A stretch of DNA of 64,000 nt from a virus (taxonomy: Duplodnaviria; Heunggongvirae; Uroviricota; Caudoviricetes): positions 255,627 to 319,626 of IMG/VR virus record IMGVR_UViG_3300029305_004950; one strand, given 5' to 3'. The notes beneath the pieces are model-generated. The model was not told where the DNA came from. It did not search any database and saw only the letters and a program-made list of their open reading frames with translations. Position numbers and translations under genes: made by a program. Positions 47,616 through 59,097 of this stretch are shown piece by piece; position 1 is the stretch's first letter, and each line of letters opens with the position of its first letter.

Positions 47616-50600
47616 TTATTTATAAGTGATGATAATTCCAACTTGGAAGTTATCAGAACCCTGAATATATGCTTCTTTATCTATATGAACATTGAGATAC
47701 TCTGGTACATAATTAATGAGTTGTTCTTTAGTCATATCCCTAATGGAAGGATAATCATAGTAAATAATCTGATTTCCATCAGACTTAATTTCATGTTCAT
47801 TAAGTTCTTCAAACTCAATATAGTGAATGTCTTCAAAATTCTTTTCTAATTCACGAATAAGGTTAGATACAGCAAATATATTCTTGGAAGATTCATTAAC
47901 TTTTTCAACAAAATCTAATATAAAGTTTTTAATCTTAAAGTCAAGATCTTGAGTATAGCTATCAATTAAAGTAATAACTAATTTCATGGTAATGTTAGTA
48001 TTTATATTGCCAACAGTTTTACTATGGAAATACTTAGAAGGACCATAAGTATTATAGAACTTTAAGTTAACAGACGTATTATTCTCAAGTTTAGCAAAGT
48101 TGTCTTCTAATACATCATAGTATACAGTAAATGTGTTAAAGAAGTCTTTAAATACTGTATAGTTATATAGATAATGTTTTCCAATTACAGGAATTTCTTT
48201 TATCATTAACTTATTTTTAGATGTTTCTATATCTAAAATAGGATTTATAACATCATTTAAGATTTTAAAGAAAGAGAAACTAGTATTAGACTCCATAATA
48301 ATTGCACATGAATATTCATATTCATCAGCTTGATCTGCAATTTCTAATGGATGAGACAGATTTAAAGTATCGGAATAGTAAGGTTTACCATTTTCATCTC
48401 TTAATACTCTAACTAAGAAAGCTAATTCTAAAGTTAGATTTTCAGGAATATAGCATTCATTGATTATTTCACCAACACTATAAATACTATTAGTTGGATT
48501 GATATTTCGAATACAATTAATCAACTTTAATCTATTTTTACTATCTAATTCATTATCAGTTAAGAATTCATAAGTATAATCTAGATTTGATAGGTCATTA
48601 CATTCAAAATCAAAATAACCAATATACTTATCTTCAGAATCTTTTAATAAACATCTTACAATTAGTATTTTATTATCTTTACAATATTTATAATAATCTT
48701 TATCTTCATTAAAAGTAAAGTTTCTTATTTTTTCTTTATTAGCTTTAATATCTTCTATAGTAGAACGAATATTTGCAAATAAAGTAGTATTAAGATGGAA
48801 TTTTAAGAAGTATTTATTAATGTCATTTGAAATTCTGTAAGTATACATTGGTTTTGCAACTACATTATTATCAGTATCTTCTTGACTATACTCTTTAGTT
48901 AACTCTTCAGTTTCTGCATCATATTCCATATAGACATCAGTTTCTATAAAACCATTAGTCATTTTAGTAGTACGTTCTTTAATACTTTTGTCTTCATTTA
49001 GATATATACTATCAGAAATAAGTCTATCATAAGTAATAGCACTACGCTGAATATTGATATTATTAAGAATAAACTCAGAAGATATATTACCATTAACTTC
49101 TTTAAAGTTGAAGTATAAATTAGTATCCATATTATTTTGTATAGATAATAATCTAGGATATGGATCTTTCATATAATGTATTGCATAAGGAAGTCTATAT
49201 ACAATATCTGTATCTTTAGATTGAGAATCTATTTCATAATAGTCTTCTGCACGTAATAGACCATCTTTATTATAGAATCTAAATAACTCTCCGTCTAAAG
49301 ATTTATCATACTCATATAAGAAATTGTGCCAATTAAAGGTCCATTTAATACCTTTTATAGTAAAGTAGTCTTTATTTTCCTGATCAAAGTTACTTGAAGT
49401 ATCAGTACTAATTACATAAGCTTGAGTTTCTATATCATATTCGTATAGTCCCTCAATCCATTCTTCTTCATTATACTGAGTAGCTTCTAATTCATAATAA
49501 ACAGTATCTTTATTATACTTTTCGTCTTTAGTTAAAGAGAATGTAGAAGTTTCTTCATCTAATACATACAGTTTGTTACTCCAATTAGAATCCCAAGGAA
49601 TACCATAATCAGTCTCATAATAGACATGGTCTTCATTATACTCAGTATCTAAAGTATAATAATAACCTTTAGCTTCAAGTCTAATATAGACATTTGGATC
49701 ATTTTCTTTACGATATTGATCTTCTAGTCTAACCCAACATTTATATTTATCATTTATGAAACTATATTCACCAGTTTTTTCATCATACTTAATAAAAGAG
49801 TCTATAAAATCTTTATTAATGTTATTAGTATAATTGAAGTAATAGAAGACTTCATAATCAAGTATGTTATCTTCAATTAATAATCTAATGTATGAAGTTT
49901 TATACTCAATAGTAGAAATATCTTCATTATTTATATTAAGATGAATAATATCATCTTCCTGAATATTTACTTCATGATTAATTACTAAACTCTCTTTTAT
50001 AGTATCAGTATATTTTATAAAACGTTTAAAACTACCAAATAAAGCATTAGCTTCACCATTTTTATACTTATAAGCGTCTAAGATATTGAAATTTTTGTTA
50101 TCACCGTAATCAAAACAGCAGAAGATTCTATATTTTATATCTGATAAGATTTCTTTATAGGTATCTTTATATTCGATAACAGTAAAGTAATCATCATCAA
50201 CATAGATTTCTTCAATATCTTTAGGTTTAAGTTTTATATCATTATCCTTTAGGATTCCATCTACATAATCATTATATTCGATATAAGTTTTAACTGTACT
50301 TAATGCAAATAGACCATTTTCAGATACATATCGATAAATTTCGTAATCTTCAGTATAAGGAATATATTCCTTACCATCAGACAATGTATAAATTTGATCA
50401 GAATTAGTAGAAATTTTACCATATTTAATTAAATCTTGTACATAAGGAGTATATAAAAGGTATTTAGTTAATTCTGTAGGAACAAAATATACTAAATCAT
50501 CTTGTTCTACAGTAGCAACCATTCTAGCATCATTAGAATCATAAAGATAATACTTATGTTCTACTTCTCCATCATTATAAGTATAGATAGGATAAGTATT

Positions 50601-53375
50601 TTCATAATTTATCTTTTCATAAGGTACAAAGATTTGATTTTTTTGTAGAATACAATTAGTAGTTTTATCTAAGAAGAAAACATCTTCTCTATCTCTGAAT
50701 TCTACTTCTTTTGTATTATCTGTACGATTTCTATAAATTTCATCATACTCTTCTCTATAACGAATATAAGTTCTAGGAGGATCATAATCATAAGATACAT
50801 ATATTTCGTCTCCAAGATTATTATCTTTATATCCGCCAATAGAATTAATTAATGCTTTAAATTCATGAGTTGGGAACCAAATATACAGTCTTTTAAACAT
50901 GTAAGTTGCATTTAATTTTTCTTCATATTCTTTATAGTATTTTCCATGAATAGGACTTTCAGAAATAATGTAATTTCTTAATTTACCTTTTATATCAGTA
51001 TAACCATCAAAATTGTAAATAGGAATTTCTTCAAATTGGTAATCATATAGGAATTTTTTCAAATCAGAATTATAAACCATTTGTAAATCATAGTTTTCAT
51101 GAAAATAGAAATTCAAAATTTTTTCATTATCTAAGAATCTATGATCATTAGGATCAAATTCTATATAGAAATATCCATCTGATTTTTTAGTTATATATAA
51201 AGAATTTTTTTTAGTAATTCCTAATCCATCTCTCATTCTTTGGCTAATTAGTTTTCTATAATGTACCTTCTCATAATCATCATTTTCATTTTTATTTACA
51301 GATGATAAAAATTCAGGATCAGGAATTTTTGTTTCTTTACTTAAGTTATCTAAAATAGGTTTTAATTCATCATAATATCTGATATATTCTTCTAACATTT
51401 CAGTTTCATCATAGAATGTAACTCTTTTATTAGAGAATGTATAAATGATATATAATGGATCATCACCTTTAAGTCTTATATTTCTTTCAAATTTTTCAGC
51501 AATTTCATTAGTTAATCTAAAATAAATTTTCTTACCATTATCAACTAAATCAAAATCAGTAATACTAGAAACTCTATCTCTAGGATATATAGAACTAGTA
51601 GATCCATCTTTTGCATATTTTAGATAGTTATTTCTGAATCTTATATAGCTAGGTATCTTATAAGTTTCATTCTCTGGATTTAAATCTTTATAAAGAATAA
51701 ATTCTTTTCTTTTATCTTCATAAAGAATATTTTCCAAATCATCAGCTATTGCCCCTCTTACTTCCATAAAATTAAAACCATCATTACGGAAATATGTAGG
51801 AACACCCTCATAATAATTAAGATTACCTTTTAAAGAAATTTCATCATCTAATAAAGTATAAGAACTATTCTTGATAAAAGATTTTAATTTCTTGTGTAAA
51901 TTTTTATCTGTTACATCATCAGCTTTTACATAGAAATTTTCATCGCCTACGAATTTATACTTATATAAATCTAAATGACCTAAGACATTTTCATCATATA
52001 CAAAGTATTTATCTTCATTATAAGATAATAGAGAACCACTAGGTATATGGAAAACTTCATTAATATTGTAATTTTTACAAGTTAAGTCAACTGTATTAGA
52101 AGGAATGATAAGACCAGTTTGATCTTTTAATAAAGCATAACCAACAAAAGTACGTTTTAAAACATCATCACGTTTCTTAATAAATACCATTTTACTAGAG
52201 TTAATAACTTGCTCATTTACTAAATTATTAAAGAAAGTATTTAAGTCAAATTCCGTAATTAGGTTATTTCTAGTTAAGAATTCACGTATTAGAACCTGTT
52301 TTACCTCTCCCTTTGTTGGCATATTTTTGCCACCACTAGGATTAGATGTTTTAACTATTACACGATCAATGTTTCTATTTAAAGAACTATCAGCAAATTG
52401 ATGACTGATATTACCAGAATAATTAAAGTTACCAGCTGTACCTAGTGTTGTATATACAGAAAGATATAGTTTAGAATTAATACTAGGTTTAAAATTTCCG
52501 GGCAATCCAGAGAAGAAGATTGTTAGATCTGTATTAGAAAAATTATAGTAACAATAATAAGGATCATCTGGAGTAAATGTATCATTAAAGTAAGCATTAA
52601 GATATTCATCTACTATTTGAGTTTTATATCTAACAGTAAAATTAGCTAGATTATCATTAAAAGCTTCTTCGAAATATAAATTATCTGATAAGTCACTAGA
52701 ATAATTTTCAAATACAGTATCTTTTTTTGTAACTTGATAAATTTTATACTGTATAGTAATTATATCAGCATCATTTGTAACAGTAGCTCTATTAACCCAA
52801 ACAGGAATGTAAGGATTAGTAGAATTACTAAATAGGCCTGGAATTATAACTTGTCCATCTTCGTTTTCAAGTAAATTTTTATACTTTCTACGGTCATATT
52901 GAGCTGTGTAAGCATAAGTACCATCAGTTAATCTAGAAGCTTTAATAATAATGTCATTTTCAGTCATAAACTGAATGTTACCTAAATAATACTTATCTTC
53001 AGCACTTAATGTTAATGAATAAGTATTTAATTCTTTTTTACCATGGTTTAGGATATCTCTTTGATTTAATGTAAAAGTAATATCTAGAGAGGCAGGTGTA
53101 GCCATAGGTATTTCATAATTATAACTTTTTGCTTTATTATAAATGCTTTTTGTTAAAGAAGCAGTATTCAAAAAACTTTCATCATATAAAAAATTTCTAT
53201 GAGCAGTAGCATAACGAATATTTGTAGCCATAACTTCATTGATATATCCATATAAACCAACTTTTAAATGACTAAGGTTATCTACATCTAGGTATTTTGG
53301 TGCTATTCTTTCAAACCAATCTTTTTCTAGGTTATATTTGTCTATAGAAATTTCAGATAAAATATTGTCAGCCAA
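47616..53375 (-). CDS. Baseplate wedge protein (T4 gp6-like) with large insertion
   Basis: ESFLNTASL.KSIY..AK..NY, Y.T.GTAGN, SGG...LITEFDL. Confidence 0.75.
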   Translation of the reverse strand: MADNILSEISIDKYNLEKDWFERIAPKYLDVDNLSHLKVGLYGYINEVMATNIRYATAHRNFLYDESFLNTASLTKSIYNKAKSYNYEIPMATPASLDITFTLNQRDILNHGKKELNTYSLTLSAEDKYYLGNIQFMTENDIIIKASRLTDGTYAYTAQYDRRKYKNLLENEDGQVIIPGLFSNSTNPYIPVWVNRATVTNDADIITIQYKIYQVTKKDTVFENYSSDLSDNLYFEEAFNDNLANFTVRYKTQIVDEYLNAYFNDTFTPDDPYYCYYNFSNTDLTIFFSGLPGNFKPSINSKLYLSVYTTLGTAGNFNYSGNISHQFADSSLNRNIDRVIVKTSNPSGGKNMPTKGEVKQVLIREFLTRNNLITEFDLNTFFNNLVNEQVINSSKMVFIKKRDDVLKRTFVGYALLKDQTGLIIPSNTVDLTCKNYNINEVFHIPSGSLLSYNEDKYFVYDENVLGHLDLYKYKFVGDENFYVKADDVTDKNLHKKLKSFIKNSSYTLLDDEISLKGNLNYYEGVPTYFRNDGFNFMEVRGAIADDLENILYEDKRKEFILYKDLNPENETYKIPSYIRFRNNYLKYAKDGSTSSIYPRDRVSSITDFDLVDNGKKIYFRLTNEIAEKFERNIRLKGDDPLYIIYTFSNKRVTFYDETEMLEEYIRYYDELKPILDNLSKETKIPDPEFLSSVNKNENDDYEKVHYRKLISQRMRDGLGITKKNSLYITKKSDGYFYIEFDPNDHRFLDNEKILNFYFHENYDLQMVYNSDLKKFLYDYQFEEIPIYNFDGYTDIKGKLRNYIISESPIHGKYYKEYEEKLNATYMFKRLYIWFPTHEFKALINSIGGYKDNNLGDEIYVSYDYDPPRTYIRYREEYDEIYRNRTDNTKEVEFRDREDVFFLDKTTNCILQKNQIFVPYEKINYENTYPIYTYNDGEVEHKYYLYDSNDARMVATVEQDDLVYFVPTELTKYLLYTPYVQDLIKYGKISTNSDQIYTLSDGKEYIPYTEDYEIYRYVSENGLFALSTVKTYIEYNDYVDGILKDNDIKLKPKDIEEIYVDDDYFTVIEYKDTYKEILSDIKYRIFCCFDYGDNKNFNILDAYKYKNGEANALFGSFKRFIKYTDTIKESLVINHEVNIQEDDIIHLNINNEDISTIEYKTSYIRLLIEDNILDYEVFYYFNYTNNINKDFIDSFIKYDEKTGEYSFINDKYKCWVRLEDQYRKENDPNVYIRLEAKGYYYTLDTEYNEDHVYYETDYGIPWDSNWSNKLYVLDEETSTFSLTKDEKYNKDTVYYELEATQYNEEEWIEGLYEYDIETQAYVISTDTSSNFDQENKDYFTIKGIKWTFNWHNFLYEYDKSLDGELFRFYNKDGLLRAEDYYEIDSQSKDTDIVYRLPYAIHYMKDPYPRLLSIQNNMDTNLYFNFKEVNGNISSEFILNNINIQRSAITYDRLISDSIYLNEDKSIKERTTKMTNGFIETDVYMEYDAETEELTKEYSQEDTDNNVVAKPMYTYRISNDINKYFLKFHLNTTLFANIRSTIEDIKANKEKIRNFTFNEDKDYYKYCKDNKILIVRCLLKDSEDKYIGYFDFECNDLSNLDYTYEFLTDNELDSKNRLKLINCIRNINPTNSIYSVGEIINECYIPENLTLELAFLVRVLRDENGKPYYSDTLNLSHPLEIADQADEYEYSCAIIMESNTSFSFFKILNDVINPILDIETSKNKLMIKEIPVIGKHYLYNYTVFKDFFNTFTVYYDVLEDNFAKLENNTSVNLKFYNTYGPSKYFHSKTVGNINTNITMKLVITLIDSYTQDLDFKIKNFILDFVEKVNESSKNIFAVSNLIRELEKNFEDIHYIEFEELNEHEIKSDGNQIIYYDYPSIRDMTKEQLINYVPEYLNVHIDKEAYIQGSDNFQVGIIITYK

Positions 53376-53398
53376 ATGTATTCACCTCTTCCTCTCTA

Positions 53399-54688
53399 TT
53401 AATTATAGAATAATAGTTTATAATTTTTATCTTTTTTAAAGACACCAACATTTGTAAATGCTCTTTTTTCTAAATTTCCACCTTTACTTTGGTAGATATA
53501 AGCACTTTTTTCATCATACATTTTAGATAGTCCAACACTGTGTAAAGAACCTGGATCATAACTTGAACTACTAGTGATATTAATAAGTCTATTTTGGAAT
53601 TCTTCCATATCATAGATAGATAAAATATCACCTTTATACATACCTTGTGCTTTCATTATATCACTAGAGTTCATAAATGTATCATTAAAATCCACTAATA
53701 TAGAAGGATCTAAAAATTCCTTATGATTGTATACATAAGAAATAGAAACCTGAATTAAGTTTCTAGTACCAATGTCACCACCACTAAAGGAAGAATAAGG
53801 AACGTTCTGAGGGAATAATCCAGTATATTTACCCCAGAATACAATAGTTTCACCATCTGGTGATAGTAAGAAATAGTATAGAGAAGAAGAAAAATCTATT
53901 TCTCTACGATTTATACTATTTAGTGAAGGCATCATTTGATTAAACTTTACTGCCTCCATATATTCAAACCATACTTTGTGTAAGAAAGTAATTAAAGGAG
54001 GATTAGTTTCATCATAAGTGATTGAAAATGTACCACCACCAAAAGAAGGAGCTGCAGTAGTAGGTAATTTTTGATTGAATCCCCTCCAAGTTTCACTATA
54101 ACTACCTTCAGATACACTATGATCTTCTAGTGAGAAAGATTTAAAATGATTAAACAATAATGGAATAAAAGTCTGCTTACCAGAATTATTACATGTAAGA
54201 CTATCTATAACGTCTGGATAGTTTCTGGCTACATATTCTATAAATCCATTTTGTAATGTATTATATAATGCAGATTGTTTAGCTGCACTGATTTCATTTC
54301 TTCTCTCATCTACTGTATAACTCTCAGATTTAAGATTTTTAGTTAGATTTAAATCAGGTTTAGTAATAAAAATATAACAAATACCAGTTTCAGCATAATC
54401 AATACCAGTTTCAACACCAGTTCTAGTTTTTTGATACTGTGATAAAAGATCTATACCACCAGCATCAACATCATTACCATAACCTATTTCAGCTTTTTTA
54501 TAATCTTTACCACTTGCAGCTTTTCTAATATGAGGAACATTATCAAACACTTCAGTATTAGGACTACCATCAGAATCAATATATGATACACCTTCAGTAC
54601 GTTCTACTAAATTTGTATTTTCTATTTTTTGTCTATCTGCAATAACAGATGCTATATTATAAGATTTAGGTGAATTATTAGTCGCCAT
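53399..54688 (-). CDS. Tube-fold baseplate protein
   Basis: FSITYDE...LHKVWFEY...GLFPQNVP tube-like pattern; late motif at 54733-54744. Confidence 0.55.
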   Translation of the reverse strand: MATNNSPKSYNIASVIADRQKIENTNLVERTEGVSYIDSDGSPNTEVFDNVPHIRKAASGKDYKKAEIGYGNDVDAGGIDLLSQYQKTRTGVETGIDYAETGICYIFITKPDLNLTKNLKSESYTVDERRNEISAAKQSALYNTLQNGFIEYVARNYPDVIDSLTCNNSGKQTFIPLLFNHFKSFSLEDHSVSEGSYSETWRGFNQKLPTTAAPSFGGGTFSITYDETNPPLITFLHKVWFEYMEAVKFNQMMPSLNSINRREIDFSSSLYYFLLSPDGETIVFWGKYTGLFPQNVPYSSFSGGDIGTRNLIQVSISYVYNHKEFLDPSILVDFNDTFMNSSDIMKAQGMYKGDILSIYDMEEFQNRLINITSSSSYDPGSLHSVGLSKMYDEKSAYIYQSKGGNLEKRAFTNVGVFKKDKNYKLLFYN

Positions 54689-54874
54689 GTTTGTATAATT
54701 CCTCCTTTCTATAAATTCTTTGAATTTTGTATTATAAAGTTGTTTCTAAACAATTTTTTAATGTTTTTATAAATATATATTGTAAAAGTGATGGATATTG
54801 TATATTCATTAAGATCTGTTTTCTTTTAAGTATAAAAATGTTTAGTCCTCTGTGAACAAGCACATGCTAAACGA

Positions 54875-55261
54875 ATGAATATATCAAATCCTCACTTCTT
54901 TGTAGAATTGGGGGATTGGTATGCTGTGGTTTATATCTCAGATGAAGAACATCAGAAACGTCTAAAATATATAGACTCATTAGGCAAACAAAAAGATAAA
55001 GAAGATAATCAAGAGTACTGGAGAACTATACAAGGACATCCAAATCCTTATGATAAAGAATTTTATGATTATGTAGAAGCACATAAGAATATAAAGTTCA
55101 GTAGTGATCCAAAAGTTGCTATGGAAGAAATGAGACAAATCAAATATAAGATTTACGTTTATTCAAAAGAAGAAGATCGTAAAATGTTTCCATGCGAAAA
55201 ATCTAATGGAAGACTTATACTAGAGTTAGTTTCAAGCATCCTAGAAAACTTCTTTCTATAA
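54875..55261 (+). CDS. Hypothetical protein
   Basis: ORF between an early-type motif (~54774) and a terminator (~55278-55325); weak RBS. Confidence 0.55.
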   Translation: MNISNPHFFVELGDWYAVVYISDEEHQKRLKYIDSLGKQKDKEDNQEYWRTIQGHPNPYDKEFYDYVEAHKNIKFSSDPKVAMEEMRQIKYKIYVYSKEEDRKMFPCEKSNGRLILELVSSILENFFL

Positions 55262-55388
55262 CTTAAAAGAAAACAATCAGGGGTAAGGACAGAAAAATCT
55301 TCCTTACCCCCTTGATCTTTTTTTGCTTATGTTGTAACAATTCATTATAAAAATGAATAATTACACGAAAGGAGTGTAAGAATAGAAA

Positions 55389-56969
55389 ATGGCAGTCTTA
55401 AGTAGTTTTGAAAATCTTATGGGTACTATAGCTTATCTAGTAAAGAATGTAAATAATTCAGGTGATGCTATAAACGCTATATCAAGAGCAAAGGCAACTT
55501 ACAACCAATCTATTGCTGCAAGAGCAAAGCAGAATATTTGTCAATTTCCTTTATTAACTTCTTCTACTATCTCAGTACAAAGTTATCAAAAAAGTAGTGA
55601 AATCTTAGAACAGTTATATGCTCAATACCTTAAGTTATTAATTGTAAATAGTACTGAAGTTATTAATCTTGAAAAAGATAATAAACTAAGTATTGTTGCT
55701 AGAGTCCATCAAAATGATAACGCTTTAAACAATACTGATTTCCAAAAAACCACTGAAAATATTTTAGCGGTTAGTAATCGTTCTGAAAGTGTTGCTTTAG
55801 AACAGTTTAAAGAGTTATTATCTTTTTTAAATATTGAAAACTATACTGAAAGTGAACTAATCGAAGCTAATAAAGCTCTATTAAAAGTTTATAATGAAAA
55901 CTTTAATCTAAAGAACTTAAATGGTTCTTTAAGTGAAGCTTCTAATGGTTATACTAATGAAATTCTTACTAAATATGATCTTTTAAGTCAAAAACGTGAA
56001 AGAGAAGCTACTTTAGTTAAAACTATTTCAAATCTTGAGTATAAGATCATTGAACTAAAAAGACAGAATCCTGTTGATAAGACTAAGGTTTCTGAATTAG
56101 AGAATGAAAAAGATAAAAAAGAACGTGATCTTAAGATTATAAAAGCAGATATTCAAAGTTTACTAGAAATCATTAAGTCACTTTCTAACAAGCAAACTTT
56201 ATGGGATGCCGAACAAAAAGCATCAGCTGCTGCTGAAAAAGAGGCTAGAGAAGCAACAAAAGATGCTGAAAAGAGAAAGTCTAATGAAGAAAAAAGAAAG
56301 TTCAGAAAACAATTTGGTTCTGTAAGTGATTTTGATAATACAACTATTAAAAAGAATAATTCATTAGAACCTTCTATTCTTTCTTTTGAATTAAAGTATA
56401 CTACCACTGGTGGTGACTTTGAAACTACAAAAATGGCTTTAGCTGTAAAAACTGTAACTCATCTAGTTCAATCTGATGAGTTAGTATTCTACATGAATGA
56501 AACTTTAGATAACAATAAGAAGATTTTTAAAGCAATTCAGTTATTAACTGGTGAGAAGAAATTCTCTCTAAATTTCTTATTAGGTCTAGATAAGGCTAAG
56601 CGTGATGCTAAAGCTGACTCTACAACTGCTAAATGGTGGAGACACTTAAAAGATAGACGCATGGATAGTATGTTATTAGCAGCTAGAGGCAATGATCCTT
56701 ATGTTCCTAATGCAACTATTGTTATGTCCTATGAAGACTACGAAACTCTTAAGTTAATGTATAGAAAAGATATTATAAAAGATACTAAGTTAGCATATAA
56801 GTTAACTAATCTTTTATTCTTAATGCATTTAGTAATTATTAATGATGTATCTAATGAATTCTTAATCTATGATAGTTACAATAGAGTTTGGGAAACTTAT
56901 ACTTTAGATAAGTTACAGAGTGAAATCAATACTATGAACAAACAAGTTTCTAGTAAGAGTCTACGTTAA
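55389..56969 (+). CDS. Putative virion structural/head protein
   Basis: Late motif at 55336-55347; strong RBS; coiled coil; LSEA site. Confidence 0.55.
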   Translation: MAVLSSFENLMGTIAYLVKNVNNSGDAINAISRAKATYNQSIAARAKQNICQFPLLTSSTISVQSYQKSSEILEQLYAQYLKLLIVNSTEVINLEKDNKLSIVARVHQNDNALNNTDFQKTTENILAVSNRSESVALEQFKELLSFLNIENYTESELIEANKALLKVYNENFNLKNLNGSLSEASNGYTNEILTKYDLLSQKREREATLVKTISNLEYKIIELKRQNPVDKTKVSELENEKDKKERDLKIIKADIQSLLEIIKSLSNKQTLWDAEQKASAAAEKEAREATKDAEKRKSNEEKRKFRKQFGSVSDFDNTTIKKNNSLEPSILSFELKYTTTGGDFETTKMALAVKTVTHLVQSDELVFYMNETLDNNKKIFKAIQLLTGEKKFSLNFLLGLDKAKRDAKADSTTAKWWRHLKDRRMDSMLLAARGNDPYVPNATIVMSYEDYETLKLMYRKDIIKDTKLAYKLTNLLFLMHLVIINDVSNEFLIYDSYNRVWETYTLDKLQSEINTMNKQVSSKSLR

Positions 56970-56986
56970 AAGGAGGGAAATAGACA

Positions 56987-58036
56987 ATGACTGATATGGA
57001 AATTATGTTAGAATCTTATCTATTTCCTGATGGTAAATCTAAACTCAAGTATGCAGCTTTAACTGAAGCTGAAAAGAAAGTTTTCACTAGAGACATGGTA
57101 ACTAAGCTTTTTAATACCATTAAGAATAAATCTCTTAGAGTTAACTACATGGGTTTAGAGAAAACTAAGGGTGATATTACCAAATATCCTAAGTATGAAG
57201 ATATAGATAATTCTGTTAAGATTCTAAACAACATGTATAAATCTAATCCTTCTGATGCACCTAAAGAAATTCTTAGTTGTGTCAAAGCATTAGAGTTATT
57301 AAAAAAATACAAATCTAGTTTTACTAAAGCTTTTTCTGATAAGAATGAGCCAGCTGCTATTCTTTATGTAAACATTTGTGCTGCTTTAATCGCTGGTACT
57401 AGTAAGGTTGTTGCAGCTACTATTGAGTACATTAAGCAACCTACTGGTGAGTATAAAGCTGCTTTTAAGAAAGAAAGTCAAAATGCTTTAAAAGATGATG
57501 TCTATTTTGAAAGCTTAAATCGCTTTGTTACTATGGAAAAAAATGGACAGCTAAAGAAGATATTTGATATATCTGGTAATCTTACTGAAGATGTTGAACT
57601 ATTAGATGAAGGTATACTTGATACATTTGGTGAAATTAAAGATGTATATAAAGCTATCCGTGATAGTAAGTTTGGCAAAACTACTAAAGGTATTCTAACA
57701 GTTGTTTCTATACTAGCTGGTGTTATTTTTGTCGTTAACTTTTTACCTTATCAGATCTATCGTCTTCGTAAATCCATTTCTGACCATCTACTCAACTTAG
57801 CTTATTTCTTAGAAGAACATGCTTATGAACTTGAAACTGATACCAAACATGGTAAAGAAGTTCAAGAGAAACAGCTACGTATCGTAGAGAAACTAAAATC
57901 TTTAGGTAATAGTATTTCTCTAGAAGAAAAAGAAGCTAAGAAGCAAGCAGAAAAAGATAGTAAGCAAGATGAAGAAGAAGCTAGAAAAGAAAATGATTCT
58001 AGTAATTCTTATGATGACGATGATGTCTTACTATAA
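56987..58036 (+). CDS. Putative internal head protein with hydrophobic segment
   Basis: MLES/LTEA/LDEG sites; ILTVVSILAGVIFVV segment. Confidence 0.55.
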   Translation: MTDMEIMLESYLFPDGKSKLKYAALTEAEKKVFTRDMVTKLFNTIKNKSLRVNYMGLEKTKGDITKYPKYEDIDNSVKILNNMYKSNPSDAPKEILSCVKALELLKKYKSSFTKAFSDKNEPAAILYVNICAALIAGTSKVVAATIEYIKQPTGEYKAAFKKESQNALKDDVYFESLNRFVTMEKNGQLKKIFDISGNLTEDVELLDEGILDTFGEIKDVYKAIRDSKFGKTTKGILTVVSILAGVIFVVNFLPYQIYRLRKSISDHLLNLAYFLEEHAYELETDTKHGKEVQEKQLRIVEKLKSLGNSISLEEKEAKKQAEKDSKQDEEEARKENDSSNSYDDDDVLL

Positions 58037-58138
58037 CAATTTTATAGAGTAAATTTTACTTTATAGACAAAACAAATATATAAGATTTTGATACTTATTT
58101 CAAAATATTCTCAAATTTGAAAGGAGATAAAAAGTAAT

Positions 58139-58984
58139 ATGTTTTTAAATGAAACTAATGTTGCTGCTTATGATGCAGCTAAAGCTGAAGCCGCTTTCTT
58201 ATACGAAGCTATCTTAGAAGCAAATGAAGCTTATCATGATATCTGCATGAAGATGGTTAAGTGTGAGCACTACTGCATCGTTAATGAAAATGCTGAAATG
58301 CTAAATGAAGCTGAAGAAGAAGCTAAGAAGTCTGTTAAACAGGTTGTTATGAATCTTCTAAAGAAGGTTAAGGAAGCTTTAGTTAACTTTAAGAACTTCA
58401 TGATGGAGCAGTTATCTAAGCTAAGCAACCTACTTGGTCGTGCTGTTAAGGCTGCTGTAAGTGGTACTATTAGATTAGTCGATGGTATCAAGGGATTAAA
58501 GAAAGCTAATAGAGATCTTGATAAGATCAATGCAATGAATACTATGGAAGATCTACTAGATACTGACTTTGAAAGTGATGCTTATAATGAAGCTGAAGAA
58601 GCTGCTGGTGAAAATGTTGATGCAAAACAGGCAGTTAATGAGTCCAAGAATATCTTTGGAAAACTAAAGGCTGCTGTTTCTAAGCTAAACTTCTTCAAGG
58701 CTACTGCTGAAAAGGCAGCTAGAGAAGGTGATGAGCATCAGGCTCATAAGAAGCTAAGTGCTGTTTCTTCTGCTATTTCTAAGGGTTTTGCTAAGATCCG
58801 TAATGCATTTAAGGTTGCTGCTAATGCTGTTTGGACTGCATTAAAGGCTGCGGCTCAGGCTATGACCGCTGGCGCTAAGAAGGCTGGCAATGCTGCTAAG
58901 GCTGCTGCTTCTAATGTTAAGGCTAAGATGAGCAAGACTGAAGCTCCTAAGAACGAATCTAAGTCTATTTTAGATCAGTTCTAA
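58139..58984 (+). CDS. Ala/Lys-rich paralogous internal head-like protein
   Basis: MKMVKCEHYCIVNENAEMLNEAEE; high-expression codon usage; late motif at 58071-58082. Confidence 0.65.
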   Translation: MFLNETNVAAYDAAKAEAAFLYEAILEANEAYHDICMKMVKCEHYCIVNENAEMLNEAEEEAKKSVKQVVMNLLKKVKEALVNFKNFMMEQLSKLSNLLGRAVKAAVSGTIRLVDGIKGLKKANRDLDKINAMNTMEDLLDTDFESDAYNEAEEAAGENVDAKQAVNESKNIFGKLKAAVSKLNFFKATAEKAAREGDEHQAHKKLSAVSSAISKGFAKIRNAFKVAANAVWTALKAAAQAMTAGAKKAGNAAKAAASNVKAKMSKTEAPKNESKSILDQF

Positions 58985-59097
58985 TTAAGTACTAATGATA
59001 GGATATGGAAATAATTCCATATCCTATCTTAATTTCAAAAAAAAAAATGTTTGTTTTAAAGAAGATATGGATAAACTGCATCCATATCCTCATTTTT

